Below are positions 8,681-19,152 of a stretch of 64,000 nucleotides of DNA, in pieces; the stretch's first letter is position 1, and each line of letters starts with the position of its first letter. The translations under genes were made by a program, and so were the position numbers. This stretch comes from an uncultured Actinomycetes bacterium (GTDB lineage Bacteria; Actinomycetota; UBA4738; HRBIN12), in NCBI GenBank assembly GCA_963708985.1, contig CAVPUQ010000006.1, forward strand, positions 135,451-199,450, given 5' to 3'. Under the pieces are notes generated by a model that made no database searches, was not told where the DNA came from, and was given only the letters and a program-made list of their open reading frames with translations.

Positions 8681-10156
8681 CTAGGTCAGGGCGTCGAGGG
8701 CCTGTCGTTCGTAGGTCGCCAGGATCTGCTCGAGTTCGCGCGCGACGTCCTCGGGCAGCGGCTCGGGCTCATGTTCCGCGAGGAGCTTACGCGCTCGATC
8801 CGCGGCGGCCCGCGCCGCGTCGGGGCGATCCGCCTCCTCCCATGCCTCCCACGACGAGCGGTCCATCACGGACTCGCGCCAGAACGCCCGCATGTTCGTG
8901 AGCGTGTGGGGACGGTCGAGGAAGTGCCCACCCGGTCCGACCTCGGCGATGGTGTCCACGGCCACGTCCTGGGCGGTGAACCCGAAGCCCTCGGCGAAGC
9001 GGACGAGCATCTCGAACAGCTCTGCATCGAGGACCAGCTCGGCGGGCGAGTAGACGACGTCGTCGTACAGGGACCCGGCACCGTTGATGAGGTGTCCGGG
9101 CGAGAGCGCCAGCGCCATCCCCGACAGAGCTGCCTGGACGCCTGCCTGCCAGTCGGGGTACTTCGAGCCGGGCGCGAACGCCCACACGGAGTAGGGGATG
9201 TCGTAGCGGCGGGCGAGCTGCGTGTTCGCCATGGCCGAGAAGACCTCCTCGGTCGCCCACGCGGTGTTGATGCCACCGCTCGAAAGGTCGATCGTCGCCG
9301 CGTACGAGATGTGCATCGTCGGCGTCCCGGGCGCGAGCGTCTGCAGGATCGCGATCCCGGACAGGATCTCAGCGTTCGCCATCGCGACCATGCCAGCGAC
9401 CGACAGTGGCGCCGAGGCCGCCGCGAGCGGCATCGCGCAGATGCCGACGGGGATGCCGGCCTCGGCGAACACGCGCATGCACTCGACCGGTCCGTCGTCC
9501 CAGTGCAGCGGGCTGATCGAGCACTGGAAGTTCGACACGATCGGCCGAGTGCGAAGGGCCTCGGCGCCGCCGGCGACGACGCGGGCCATCTCGATGATCC
9601 CTCGCGCGTTCACCGGGTCGATCGCGGTCATCTGCTGGATGTGTTTCGTCGTGTTCGGCAGTTGGGCATGTGTCTCGTGCATCGGGCGCACGGGCACGGG
9701 GGTGTCGTTCGCGCTGACCGGCTGCCAGTGGAACGCGATCTGGGGCAAGGCGTCGGCGAGCCGCGTGATCTCGGCGACGTCCTGCTTGGTGCCGGGCCGT
9801 CGCTTCCCGGTCTCGAGGTCGATCACGTCGGCCGGGCATCCGTCCGTCGCCAGGTAGCCCGCCGAGCCGTCGAGCGGCAGGTCGAGCGCCGGATCGCGTG
9901 CGGCGAGCGTGTAGGTGCTCGGCGACCGGCGCACGCACTCCTCGACGAAGACGGGGTCGAAGGCGATCCGTCGAGCGTCACGGTCGACCGCCTGCCCGGC
10001 CTCGGCCATCGCGTCCAGGAGTCCCGGGTTCGAGGTCGTCACGCCGACCCGTTGCAGGATCTCGAGGCTCCGCTCGTGCAGGCCGGTGACCTCCTCGGGC
10101 GTCAGCACGTCGTGCCGATGGGTGAAGGGCAGGCTGCGGATGTTCCGCTCGGGCAT
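8681..10156 (-). CDS. Trimethylamine methyltransferase (MttB) family protein, non-pyrrolysine type
   Basis: The 491-aa product runs from ATG 10156 ('MPERNIRSLPF...') with MttB-family similarity throughout ('TDGCPADVIDLETGKRRPGT', 'SISPLHWDDGP', 'GPGGHFLDRPHTL'). There is no in-frame TAG. The upstream part of ORF 8681..10921 is not coding-like. Confidence 0.88.
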   Translation of the reverse strand: MPERNIRSLPFTHRHDVLTPEEVTGLHERSLEILQRVGVTTSNPGLLDAMAEAGQAVDRDARRIAFDPVFVEECVRRSPSTYTLAARDPALDLPLDGSAGYLATDGCPADVIDLETGKRRPGTKQDVAEITRLADALPQIAFHWQPVSANDTPVPVRPMHETHAQLPNTTKHIQQMTAIDPVNARGIIEMARVVAGGAEALRTRPIVSNFQCSISPLHWDDGPVECMRVFAEAGIPVGICAMPLAAASAPLSVAGMVAMANAEILSGIAILQTLAPGTPTMHISYAATIDLSSGGINTAWATEEVFSAMANTQLARRYDIPYSVWAFAPGSKYPDWQAGVQAALSGMALALSPGHLINGAGSLYDDVVYSPAELVLDAELFEMLVRFAEGFGFTAQDVAVDTIAEVGPGGHFLDRPHTLTNMRAFWRESVMDRSSWEAWEEADRPDAARAAADRARKLLAEHEPEPLPEDVARELEQILATYERQALDALT

Positions 10157-10240
10157 CGCCGGGCTCCTCGGTCCTTTGAACGGTGGTTCAGACGCTAGGG
10201 CACGGGCCCGGGCCTGCGCAAATCGCGATACCGTTCGTGC

Positions 10241-11681
10241 GTGCACGACGGTCGAGGTCCGCAGATCGACGTCCCGCCCGATGCTGGGCGCGGCTGGTGG
10301 CTCCGCGAGGCGCTCGCGCTGCCCGAGCTCGCCGGTGAGCCGTGCCCACCGCTCGCTCGCGATGTGAGCGCCGACGTCGTCGTGCTCGGGGGCGGTTACA
10401 CGGGGATGTGGACGGCCTGGTTCGTCAAGGAGCTCGACCCCGGGGCAGAGGTCGTGATCCTCGAGCAGGACATCTGCGGCGGCGGGCCGAGCGGCCGCAA
10501 CGGCGGTTTCGTGAACTCGTTCTGGCACCAGCTCCCGACGCTTTGCCGGCGCTTCGGCGACGAGGCCGCGATGCGGCTGTGTCGGGCGGGTCAGGCCTCG
10601 GTGGATGCGATCGGGGCGTGGTGCCGCGACCACGACGTCGACGCGTGGTTCGCGCCCGACGGTGAGCTCGAGGTCGCGACATGGGAGGCGACGGGGGGTG
10701 ACTGGGGCGAGACGATGGCGACGGCACAGCGACTGGGCATCGCCGATCGGCTTCCGGCTCCTCACCGCCGCGCAGACCCGGAAGAGGATCGACTCACCCA
10801 TGTTCCGTGGCGGGCTCGAGACGAAGTTCGGCGCCACGGTGCACCCTGCCCGCCTGGCCAGAGGGCTGCGTCGCGAGCTGCTCGCCCTCGGCGTCGGGAT
10901 CTTCGAGCACACGCCCGTCACGCGGTTCCACGCGGGACGACCCTGTATCGCACGGACGCCTCACGGCGACGTCCGCGCCGGCGCTGCGATCGTGGCGCTG
11001 AACGCGTGGGCGCAGCACTGGCGCCGGTTCCGTCGCGAGCTCACGGTACGAGGCACCTACATCGTGCTCACGGCGCCCGTCCCGGACCGGCTCGCCGAGA
11101 TCGGCTGGATCGACGGATCGGGGCTGTGGGACCAGCGGGCGGCCGTGCACTACGTTCGTACGACCCCCGACGGGCGGATGGCGTTCGGCCTCGGCGGCAT
11201 GCAGCCGGACTTCGCGCGGACGATCGACCGCCGCTACGCGTACGACGAGGCCTCGATCCGCATCGCGGTACGAGACCTCCACCGCATGTTCCCGACCTTC
11301 GCGGACGTGCCGATCGAGGCCGCGTGGGGCGGACCGATCGACGTCTCGGGTCGGCACCTGCCATCCTTCTCGACCCTCGATCCCGGCACCGTGCACGCGG
11401 GCCTCGGCTATACCGGCAACGGGGTCGGACCCTCGCACCTCGGCGGCCAGGTGCTCGCGCTCCGTGCGCTCGGGCTCGAGGGCGAGATCCTCGACCTGCC
11501 GCTCGTCGACCTGGAGGTGAAGCGGTTCCCACCCGAGCCACTCCGGAGCGTCGGCGCGTTCGTCGCCAACCGTGCGATCCGTCGACGTGACGACGCGCTC
11601 GATGAGGGCGCGCGGGTGAACCCGGCCATCGAGGCCATCGCGCGGATGCCTCGGTGGCTCGGGTACGACCTGGGACCGTGA
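10241..11681 (+). pseudogene. FAD-dependent oxidoreductase (DAO family), with one apparent frameshift near 10740-10760
   Basis: The dinucleotide-binding motif 'DVVVLGGGYTGMWTA' and 'GGGPSGRNGGF' lie in ORF 10241... The remainder ('TVHPARLARGL...GLGYTGNGVGPSHLGG') is in ORF 10605..11681. Confidence 0.8.
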
Positions 11682-11832
11682 GGGATCCCGCCCGGATCGC
11701 CAGCCTGGGAGGTTGCTGAGGCATCGACCGGCCGACGGGCGTGCTCGAAGCACGGGTGACGGCGATGGGTTCAGCCGAACGCTCGGATCCTTGCCCGAAA
11801 GTCGGATGGAGGGCGCACCCTGAACATCTACG

Positions 11833-12435
11833 ATGATCGCCCAGCGTCGGGAGGATCGACCGAGCATGCCGGAGGAGTTCGCAGCGGGTGAGGAGCAGGA
11901 GGAGCACGCCCGAGAGACCGTGCACGACGACGTCATGCAGCGGCTGCTCGAGTACCAGCGGCATCTGCGGGAGGGTGTGTCGCCCGCTCAGGCCGATGCG
12001 GCTGCCGCGGAGGTACATCCGCTGACCGGCCGCGCCGAGGCCGAGGCGCTCACGGCAACGAAGACCGAGCCGACCCAACTGGTGGACATCACCGAGGCGG
12101 AGGCCGAGCTCGAGATCACGGAGACGCTGCCGGACGCGCCGCCGATCGAGGAGACGATCGAGACGGCGGAAGCGGTCGAGGCCGAGGAGGAGCCCGCCCA
12201 GCCGGCCGCCGAGGAGCCGACGGTGGAGCGGGACGAGCCGGTGACGCCCAGCGGGACGACCGCCTGGACCGACCTCGAGGCCCGCATCGGCGAGTTGGAG
12301 GACAAGATCGCTCGCGTCTCCCAGACGGTCGGCGAGCTTCGCGGCCGCTTGCAGGACATGGTGGTCTCCTCGGCCGAGCACTTCGCCGCGATCGAGGACG
12401 CGCTCTCGGCCATCGGGAACGCCGACCGCAACTGA
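11833..12435 (+). CDS. Hypothetical acidic protein with a C-terminal coiled-coil
   Basis: 200-aa ORF, Glu/Ala-rich. The C-terminus is 'LEARIGELEDKIARVSQTVGELRGRLQDM'. No family was recognised. Confidence 0.45.
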   Translation: MIAQRREDRPSMPEEFAAGEEQEEHARETVHDDVMQRLLEYQRHLREGVSPAQADAAAAEVHPLTGRAEAEALTATKTEPTQLVDITEAEAELEITETLPDAPPIEETIETAEAVEAEEEPAQPAAEEPTVERDEPVTPSGTTAWTDLEARIGELEDKIARVSQTVGELRGRLQDMVVSSAEHFAAIEDALSAIGNADRN

Positions 12436-12453
12436 CGCCTCCCGGGAGGCGTC
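12434..12453 (+). terminator. GC-rich palindrome/hairpin overlapping the stop codon of the preceding ORF
   Basis: 'gacgcctccc gggaggcgtc' is a perfect 10+10 nt palindrome followed by gtctc. There is no clear U-tract. Confidence 0.4.
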
Positions 12454-12487
12454 GTCTCGAGGCCCGGTGCTATCGTCGGGTCGCTTG

Positions 12488-12561
12488 GGGGCGGTAGCTC
12501 AGTCGGTCAGAGCAGCGGACTCATAATCCGCCGGTCGCAGGTTCGAGGCCTGCCCGCCCCA
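12488..12561 (+). tRNA. tRNA with CAT anticodon (elongator Met; Ile2/lysidine type cannot be excluded)
   Basis: The cloverleaf is perfect. The acceptor is ggggcgg/ccgcccc, the anticodon arm gcgga-ctCATaa-tccgc, and the T arm gcagg-ttcgagg-cctgc. It lacks initiator features. Confidence 0.9.
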
Positions 12562-12657
12562 CCGAGACACGGGTACCGAGACTCCACACCGTCAGCCGCA
12601 CACCCCACCGAGACCGGCGCACGTCGGCGATGCCGAAGGGCGTAGCATTAGGCGGGG

Positions 12658-15363
12658 ATGTCACCCATAGCGCTGGAACATGTGGCCGTCGACGTCGTCG
12701 TTGCGGACGGCTCCACCGTACGGATACGCCCCGCCCGGCCCGAAGACGAGGAGCCACTAGAGGACTACCTGATAGGCCTCTCGCCTGAATCCCGGCAGCT
12801 CCGGTTCTGGACCCCGTCCGTGGACGTCCGGGACATCGCCACGAAGGCGGTCGACGTCGATCTCGACGACCACGTGACCCTGCTCGCTTTCCTCGGGCGC
12901 GGGAGGATCGTCGGCACGGCCGAGTACAGACGGATGGACGCCGCCCGCGCGGAGATCAGCATCAGCGTCACCGATGAGATGCAGGGCAAGGGTCTCGGTT
13001 CGATCCTCATCGCGCAGCTCGCGCATGTTGCGAGCGACGAGGGGATCCCGTTCTTCGTCGCGGAGGTCCTGCCCGAGAACCACCGCATGATCCAGGTGTT
13101 CCGCAGGAGCGGATTCTTGCCTTCGATCCGCGCCCGACCCGGCGTCATCGAGATCGAGTTCGCCACCTCGATGACCGGCCCGGCGAAGGACAACATCGAA
13201 GCGTGCCAGACCCAGGCGGCCATCAGCACCATGGGCCACTTCTTGAGCCCCGAGACGGTCGCGGTGGTCGGCGCTTCCCGCGACCGCGAGGGCATCGCCG
13301 GCAGGCTCTTCCACAACCTCGTCGAAGCGAACTTCCACGGTTCCCTCTACCCGGTGAACCCGAACGCGACCCATGTACAGGGCATCCCTGCATATCGGAG
13401 CGTGCTCGACATCACCGGTCCCGTCGACCTCGCCTTCATCGTCGTGCCGGCAGGCCTCGTGAACGGCGTCGCGCGCGAGTGCGGCGAGAAGGGCGTGCGC
13501 GGCCTCGTCGTCATCACTTCCGGGTTCGCCGAGGTTGGAGGCGACGGCGTTGGCCTGCAGGAGGAGCTGGTGGACATCTGCCGCGAGAGCGGCATGCGTC
13601 TCATCGGCCCGAACTGCATGGGCCTCGTGAACACCGACCCGGAGGTCGGGCTGAACGGTACCTTCGGCAGCATGTGGCCCCCGTCCGGCCGCGTCGGGTT
13701 CATGTCGCAGTCGGGAGCGCTCGGTCTCGCGGTCATGGACTACTCGACGCAACTGGGCTTGGGTCTGTCCTCGTTCGTCTCGGTCGGGAACAAAGCCGAC
13801 ATCTCGGGCAACCACCTCCTCTGCTACTGGGAAGCGGACGAAAGGACCGACGTCGTCTTGCTCTACCTCGAGTCCATCAGCAACCCGGCGCGCTTCTCGC
13901 GCATCACGCGGCGCATGGCGAGGAAGAAGCCGGTCATCATCGTGAAGTCCGGGTGCAGCGGGGCCAGACAGCGGGCGGCGGCCTCTCACACCGGCTCGCT
14001 CCTCGCCACCTCCGAGGCAACCATCGACGCGCTGTTCCATCAGAGCGGTGTGATCTGGACGGACACGCTCGAAGAGATGTTCGACGTGGCGACGCTGCTG
14101 GCGAACCAGCCGCCGCCGAAGGGCAACCGGGTCGCGATCATCACCAACTCAGGCGGCCTGGGGAACATGTGCGCCGACGCGTGCGAGACGCACGGACTGA
14201 CGGTGCCGCCGCTCTCGCGAGTGGCGGCAGAGGCGCTCGGCGCGTTCCTCCCGGCGGATGTATCGGTGGCCAACCCGGTGGACATGGTGGTCTCCGCGGC
14301 ACCCGAGGACTACGGGCGGGCCATCCAGACGGTGGGCGAAGACCCGGATATCGACGCCGTGATCGTCATCTACATCCCGCCGGACCCGAGCCTCGCACAC
14401 GTGGTCGCGGCTTCGATCCGCGACGGGATCGAAGCGCTCGCCGGCAAGGTTCCGATCCTGACCGTGTTCATGTCCGCCAGGGGCCTGCCTGAGGAACTGC
14501 GCGGGGACGGTACGGCGACTCCGTCCTACCGATTCCCGGAGCAAGCGGCTATCGCTCTGGCGAGAGCCGCCAAATACGGCAAGTGGCGGATCGCACCCGA
14601 GGGGCGCGTGCCGTCCTTCGCCGACGTGAGACCGGAAGAGGCCGCAGGCGTCATCGCCACGTGTCTCGAGGAGGGCGGTGGCTGGCTCGCACCCGACCGG
14701 GTCGAACAGCTTCTCGCCTGCTACGGGCTGCCCGGCGCGCACGTCCGCCGGGTCACGACGCCCGACGAAGCCGGCGCCGCGGCCGTCGAGATCGGCTGCG
14801 CGGTTGCCCTGAAGGGGGTCGGTCCCGAGATGGTCCGCAAGAAGGAGGTCGGGGCCGTCAGGCTTGGACTCACCGGCGCGGCCGAGGTCACGGAAGCCGC
14901 CCGGGAGATGTCGGAGTCGATCCAACGCCAGGGGGTCGAACTCGAAGGGTTCGTCGTGCAGCCGATGGTGGAAGACGGCGTCGAGATACTGGTCGGCGTC
15001 TTCCACGATCGTCTCTTCGGGCCGGTCGTAGCGTGCGGCGCCGGCGGAACGGCCGTCGAACTGGTGAACGACATCTCGGTGCGCATCACTCCGCTGACCG
15101 ATCTCGATGCCACCGAGATGGTCCGCTCGCTCGCGACCTTCCCGCTGCTCAGGGGCTACGGAGGCTCGCCGAGCGCAGACATCGCCGCCCTCGAGGACCT
15201 GTTGCTGCGCGTGAGCGCGCTCGCGGAGAATCACCCGGAGGTCGCCGAGATGAACTGCAGCCCGGTCATGGTGCTCCCGCGCGGGGCCGTCATCGTGGAC
15301 TCGCGGGTGAGGATCGAGGCGCCGCCGCCGCGCAGACCGCCCGTGGCAATCGACAACGCCTGA
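12658..15363 (+). CDS. GNAT acetyltransferase fused to an ADP-forming acyl-CoA synthetase (CoA-binding, ligase-CoA and ATP-grasp domains); Pat/Pka-like
   Basis: 901-aa uninterrupted ORF. The N-terminal GNAT carries 'QGKGLGSILI'. 'VAVVGASRDREGIAGR', 'VVITSGFAE', 'IGPNCMGL' and 'MSQSGAL' follow, and a C-terminal ATP-grasp domain carries 'VALKGVGPEMVRKKEVGAVRL'. Confidence 0.9.
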   Translation: MSPIALEHVAVDVVVADGSTVRIRPARPEDEEPLEDYLIGLSPESRQLRFWTPSVDVRDIATKAVDVDLDDHVTLLAFLGRGRIVGTAEYRRMDAARAEISISVTDEMQGKGLGSILIAQLAHVASDEGIPFFVAEVLPENHRMIQVFRRSGFLPSIRARPGVIEIEFATSMTGPAKDNIEACQTQAAISTMGHFLSPETVAVVGASRDREGIAGRLFHNLVEANFHGSLYPVNPNATHVQGIPAYRSVLDITGPVDLAFIVVPAGLVNGVARECGEKGVRGLVVITSGFAEVGGDGVGLQEELVDICRESGMRLIGPNCMGLVNTDPEVGLNGTFGSMWPPSGRVGFMSQSGALGLAVMDYSTQLGLGLSSFVSVGNKADISGNHLLCYWEADERTDVVLLYLESISNPARFSRITRRMARKKPVIIVKSGCSGARQRAAASHTGSLLATSEATIDALFHQSGVIWTDTLEEMFDVATLLANQPPPKGNRVAIITNSGGLGNMCADACETHGLTVPPLSRVAAEALGAFLPADVSVANPVDMVVSAAPEDYGRAIQTVGEDPDIDAVIVIYIPPDPSLAHVVAASIRDGIEALAGKVPILTVFMSARGLPEELRGDGTATPSYRFPEQAAIALARAAKYGKWRIAPEGRVPSFADVRPEEAAGVIATCLEEGGGWLAPDRVEQLLACYGLPGAHVRRVTTPDEAGAAAVEIGCAVALKGVGPEMVRKKEVGAVRLGLTGAAEVTEAAREMSESIQRQGVELEGFVVQPMVEDGVEILVGVFHDRLFGPVVACGAGGTAVELVNDISVRITPLTDLDATEMVRSLATFPLLRGYGGSPSADIAALEDLLLRVSALAENHPEVAEMNCSPVMVLPRGAVIVDSRVRIEAPPPRRPPVAIDNA

Positions 15364-15476
15364 CACGCGGCGTCCACGCGCCCTTCCCTCCGTCTTCCCG
15401 GGCGGTCACGTCCATGAACACTGCAGGGCGCAGGACGCCGAAGCCGCGGGGAAGCCCATCGGTCGGCGGGCGGGCG

Positions 15477-16244
15477 TCAGAGCGTCGAAACCGGGTCGCC
15501 GACACGAGCGGTGCCGGGCTCCTCGACCGAGGCGTACATGCCGAAGGGCAGTTCCCCGCTACCCGAGACGCCGCGGTAACGCTTGATCACCGAGAGCGTG
15601 GGGAAGTCGCGTTCGCCGGTGGTGGGGTCCTGGGTCGTGACGACACACCTCGGCACCGGCTCGCCGACGAGCAGCACTGCCTCGCCGACCCGGACGCGCC
15701 GTCCGGCCCACGAGTCCTCCTCGTGCGGGCCGAGACCGTCGAGCTCCACCGTCATCCGGAAGCGGCGAGGGTCGAGCGGGCGCTCGGCCGCTGCCTGCCG
15801 CCCGAGCTCCTCGACCGAGGCGAGTGAGACGAGCGTGATCGGGCGCACGTCGTTGCCGTCGCCGGAGCGCTCGACGCGCGCGAGCCTGAGGTCTCGGCCC
15901 GTGTACCGGGAGAGGTGCTCGGTCCAGGGTCCCCCGACGACGTGCGCCGTCACCGGCCGGCCCCAGAAGTTGACCTCGATCCGGTCACCGTCCCCTGCCG
16001 CGGGGCCCTCTGTCTGGATGCCGTCGGGGAAGCGCAGGCGGAGCGTGTCGGCCTGGGCATAGTGCTCCGCGTGGATCCGCACGAGCCGTCCGAGCTTCGA
16101 GCCCCCGAACAGCCTCCCGTCCTCATCGAGGAAGAAGAACTCGCGGTTGCCCACCACGCCCGAGCGCTCGATCCGGACGTGGTCCGGGTGGTGGAGCGCC
16201 GTGGACTTCACCGGGGTGACGTTGAAGCGAGCGACGGTCGGCAT
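15477..16244 (-). CDS. MOSC domain-containing protein
   Basis: The 255-aa ORF has the MOSC beta-barrel N-terminal and MOSC pattern: 'FNVTPVKSTAL', 'DPRRFRMTVELDG' and 'VPRCVVTTQDPTTGE'. Confidence 0.85.
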   Translation of the reverse strand: MPTVARFNVTPVKSTALHHPDHVRIERSGVVGNREFFFLDEDGRLFGGSKLGRLVRIHAEHYAQADTLRLRFPDGIQTEGPAAGDGDRIEVNFWGRPVTAHVVGGPWTEHLSRYTGRDLRLARVERSGDGNDVRPITLVSLASVEELGRQAAAERPLDPRRFRMTVELDGLGPHEEDSWAGRRVRVGEAVLLVGEPVPRCVVTTQDPTTGERDFPTLSVIKRYRGVSGSGELPFGMYASVEEPGTARVGDPVSTL

Positions 16245-16336
16245 GGCGCCGCCACGCTACCAACTCAGCCCGGTGCAGGGCTCACAGGTTCAGGGTCTCG
16301 ATCGTTCGGCCAACGGTCGCATGGTAGCGTCGAGGC

Positions 16337-16807
16337 ATGGAGCCGGCGCTGCATCCGGACTGCGAGCCGCTCGCGTTCCTGCTCGGCACGTGGCGGGGCG
16401 AGGGTGAGGGCGAGTGGCCGCGCGGCGAGCCGTTCCGCTACGGCGAGGAGATGACCTTCGAGCACGTCGGCGACGCCTTCCTCATGTACTCGCAGCGGAG
16501 CTGGATGCTCGAGGACGGCGCGCCGGTGCACTTCGAACGGGGGTTCCTCCGGCCGGCGGGTGCCGGTCGCGTCGAGCTCGTGCTCGCCCACCCGCTCGGT
16601 GTCGCCGAGGTGGCCGAGGGAACCGTGGTGGGCGGCGCGATCGACGTCGCCTCGACCAGCGTTTCGACGACCACGACGGGCTCGCCGGTGACGGTGTTGA
16701 AGCGCCACCTCGAGGTCCACGAGGACCACCTCTCGTACGAGCTCCGGATGGCGATGCGCGAGGTCGCCGTGATGCGGCATCTGACCGCCGAGCTCAGCCG
16801 GGTCTGA
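16337..16807 (+). CDS. Nitrobindin / THAP4-like heme-binding beta-barrel (DUF1794) protein
   Basis: 'LAFLLGTWRGEGEGEWP', '...FRYGEEMTFEH' and '...LSYELRMA' match the nitrobindin family pattern. Confidence 0.75.
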   Translation: MEPALHPDCEPLAFLLGTWRGEGEGEWPRGEPFRYGEEMTFEHVGDAFLMYSQRSWMLEDGAPVHFERGFLRPAGAGRVELVLAHPLGVAEVAEGTVVGGAIDVASTSVSTTTTGSPVTVLKRHLEVHEDHLSYELRMAMREVAVMRHLTAELSRV

Positions 16808-16816
16808 GGTCGGCGG

Positions 16817-19152
16817 ATGGCCAGCGAGCATCCCCGGGCACTGAACCGCGACACCGTCGTCCTGGCGGCGACGGTGGTCGGCATCGTCACCGGCGGGATC
16901 CTCGCGCTGCTCGATGCGGGGGACGCGGCCCATGTCGCGTTCGCGGTCACGACGGTGCTCGGCATCCTTCCGCTCGCGTGGTCCACGATCGGCTCGCTCC
17001 GGCGGCGGCAGACCGGCGTCGACCTCATCGCGCTGCTCGCGATGGCCGGGGCGCTCGCCTTCGGCGAGTACGAGGCCGGCGCGGTCCTGGCGCTCATGCT
17101 CTCGAGCGGACAGGCGCTCGAGGACTACGCCGACCGGCGAGCGCACAAGGAGCTGTCGGCGCTGCTGGACCGCGCGCCTCGCCTCGCGCACCGGTACGCG
17201 GGAGGCGACGCTCGAGTCCGTCGACATCGACGAGGTGGGCCCGGGCGACCTGCTCCTCGTGAAGACGGGCGAGGTCGTACCGGTGGACGGGATCTTGTCC
17301 TCGGCGACCTGCGTGCTGGACGAGTCGGCCCTCACCGGGGAGTCGCGGCCCGGCCGGATGCGGGCGCGGCGACCAGATCCGCAGCGGCGCCCTGAACGCG
17401 GGGTCGGCGTTCGACCTGCGTGCGGCCGCGACGTCGGCCGAGAGCACGTACGCGGGCATCGTCCGCCTCGTGAAGGAGGCGGAGGCGCAGAAGGCGCCGT
17501 TCGTGCGCCTGGCCGACCGGTACGCGCTCCTGTTCATCCCCCTGACGCTCGTGATCGCAGGGGGAGCATGGATCCTGTCGGGTGATCCGGTGCGCGCGCT
17601 CGCGGTGCTCGTGGTCGCGACGCCGTGCCCGATGATCCTCGCGGCGCCGATCGCGATCGTCGCGGGGATCTCGCGCGCCGCGAAGCGCGGGATCATCGTG
17701 AAGGGGGGTGGGGCACTCGAGACGCTGGCGCGCGGAACCGTCCTGCTGTTCGACAAGACCGGCACGCTCACGACCGGGACGCCCGAGGTCGCCGACATCG
17801 AGGTGTTCGGGGACATCGATCCGGACCGGCTGCTCGGCCTCGCAGCCTCTCTCGACCAGGTCTCGCCGCACGTGCTGGCCGGTGCGATCGTCCGTGCGGC
17901 CCGCAACCACGACCTCACGCTCACGTTCCCCGAGGACGTGCACGAGGAGCACGGTGCCGGGATCGAGGGGCATGTCGACGGTCGCGCGGTCGCGCTCGGC
18001 AAGACGATGTGGGTCACGCGCGGCGCCGAGCTGCCGAGCCGGGCTCGCGACGTCCGGCGGCGCTCGGCACTCGAGGGCTCGAGCTGCGTGTTCGTCGCGG
18101 TGGACGGTCATGTCGCCGGAGCGCTGATCTTGGACGATCCGATCCGCCCCGACACCCCGAGGGTGATCCGCACGCTCCGCCGCGCCGGCATCCGGCGGGT
18201 GGTGATGGTGACCGGCGATCACCCCGATGTGGCCGAGTCGGTCGGCATCTCGATCGGCGTGGACCGGATCATGTCCGAGCGCGACCCGGCGGACAAGGTC
18301 GACGCCGTCGATCGCCGAGCGCGGAGGGCGGCGTGACGATCATGGTCGGCGACGGCGTGAACGACGCGCCTGCGCTGGCCGCTGCCGACGTCGGCGTGGC
18401 GATGGGTGCCCGAGGAGCGACCGCCTCCTCGGAGGCTGCCGACGTGGTCCTCGTCGTCGACCGCCTGGATCGCCTGGCCGAGGCGATGCGGATCGCGCGG
18501 CGATCGCGTGGGATCGCGGTGCAGAGCGTCTTCGTCGGGATGGGGCTCTCGATCGGCGCGATGATGTTCGGCGCGGTCGGGCTCCTCGTGCCTGTCGCCG
18601 GCGCGGTCGTGCAGGAGGCGATCGACGTCGCCGTGATCCTCAACTCGCTCCGAGCGCTCGCCGGGGACCGCACCGCGCGTCAGCGAAGGGTGTCCGGCAC
18701 CGACGTCGGCGAGCGCTTCCGCGCCGAGCACAGGGAGTTCATGCCCTGGCTCCGGCGCATCCGCACGACGGCCGACCGCCTGGATACGTTCGAACCGCTC
18801 GAGGCGCTCGCCGAGCTCGACCAGCTCCGTTGGTTCGTGCAGGAGCGACTCGTCGCGTCACGAGCAGGAGGAGGAGGCCGCGGTCTATCCGGTCGTCGCG
18901 CAGATGATGGGTGGCGAGGACCCGATGGGCTCGATGGAGCGCGCCCACATGGAGATCGAGCACCTCACGCGCGTGTTCGTCCACCTGTTCGAGGACCTGC
19001 CGTCGGAAGGACCGACGGTCGAGGACATGGTCGACCTGCGGCGCGTGCTCTACGGGCTCCACGCGATCCTGCGGCTGCACTTCGCGCAGGAGGAGGAGGC
19101 GTACTCGTGGATCGCGGCCGACCACGCGCCGGAGGACGTGCGCGTCGGCTAG
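16817..19152 (+). pseudogene. P1B-type heavy-metal ATPase with a C-terminal hemerythrin-like domain (P1B-5-like), with at least 4 apparent frameshifts
   Basis: 'TGESRP', TM 'VVATPCPMILAAP', 'LFDKTGTLT', 'VMVTGDH' and 'MVGDGVNDAPALA' are spread over four reading frames. The shifts fall near 17197, 17370, 18320 and 18865. The tail 'HEQEEEAAVYP...MEIEHL...LRLHFAQEEE' is hemerythrin-like. Confidence 0.85.

Noticed and set aside
8681-10156. Pyrrolysine (in-frame TAG) decoding in the MttB homolog
   Set aside because: The ORF is uninterrupted from ATG 10156 to its stop and contains no in-frame TAG. No pyl genes were seen.
19149-19152. 4-nt CTAG overlap of the convergent ATPase and kinase stop codons, considered as a regulatory feature
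   Set aside because: A palindromic stop-stop overlap is a trivial consequence of tight convergent packing. No hairpin or other structure was seen there.
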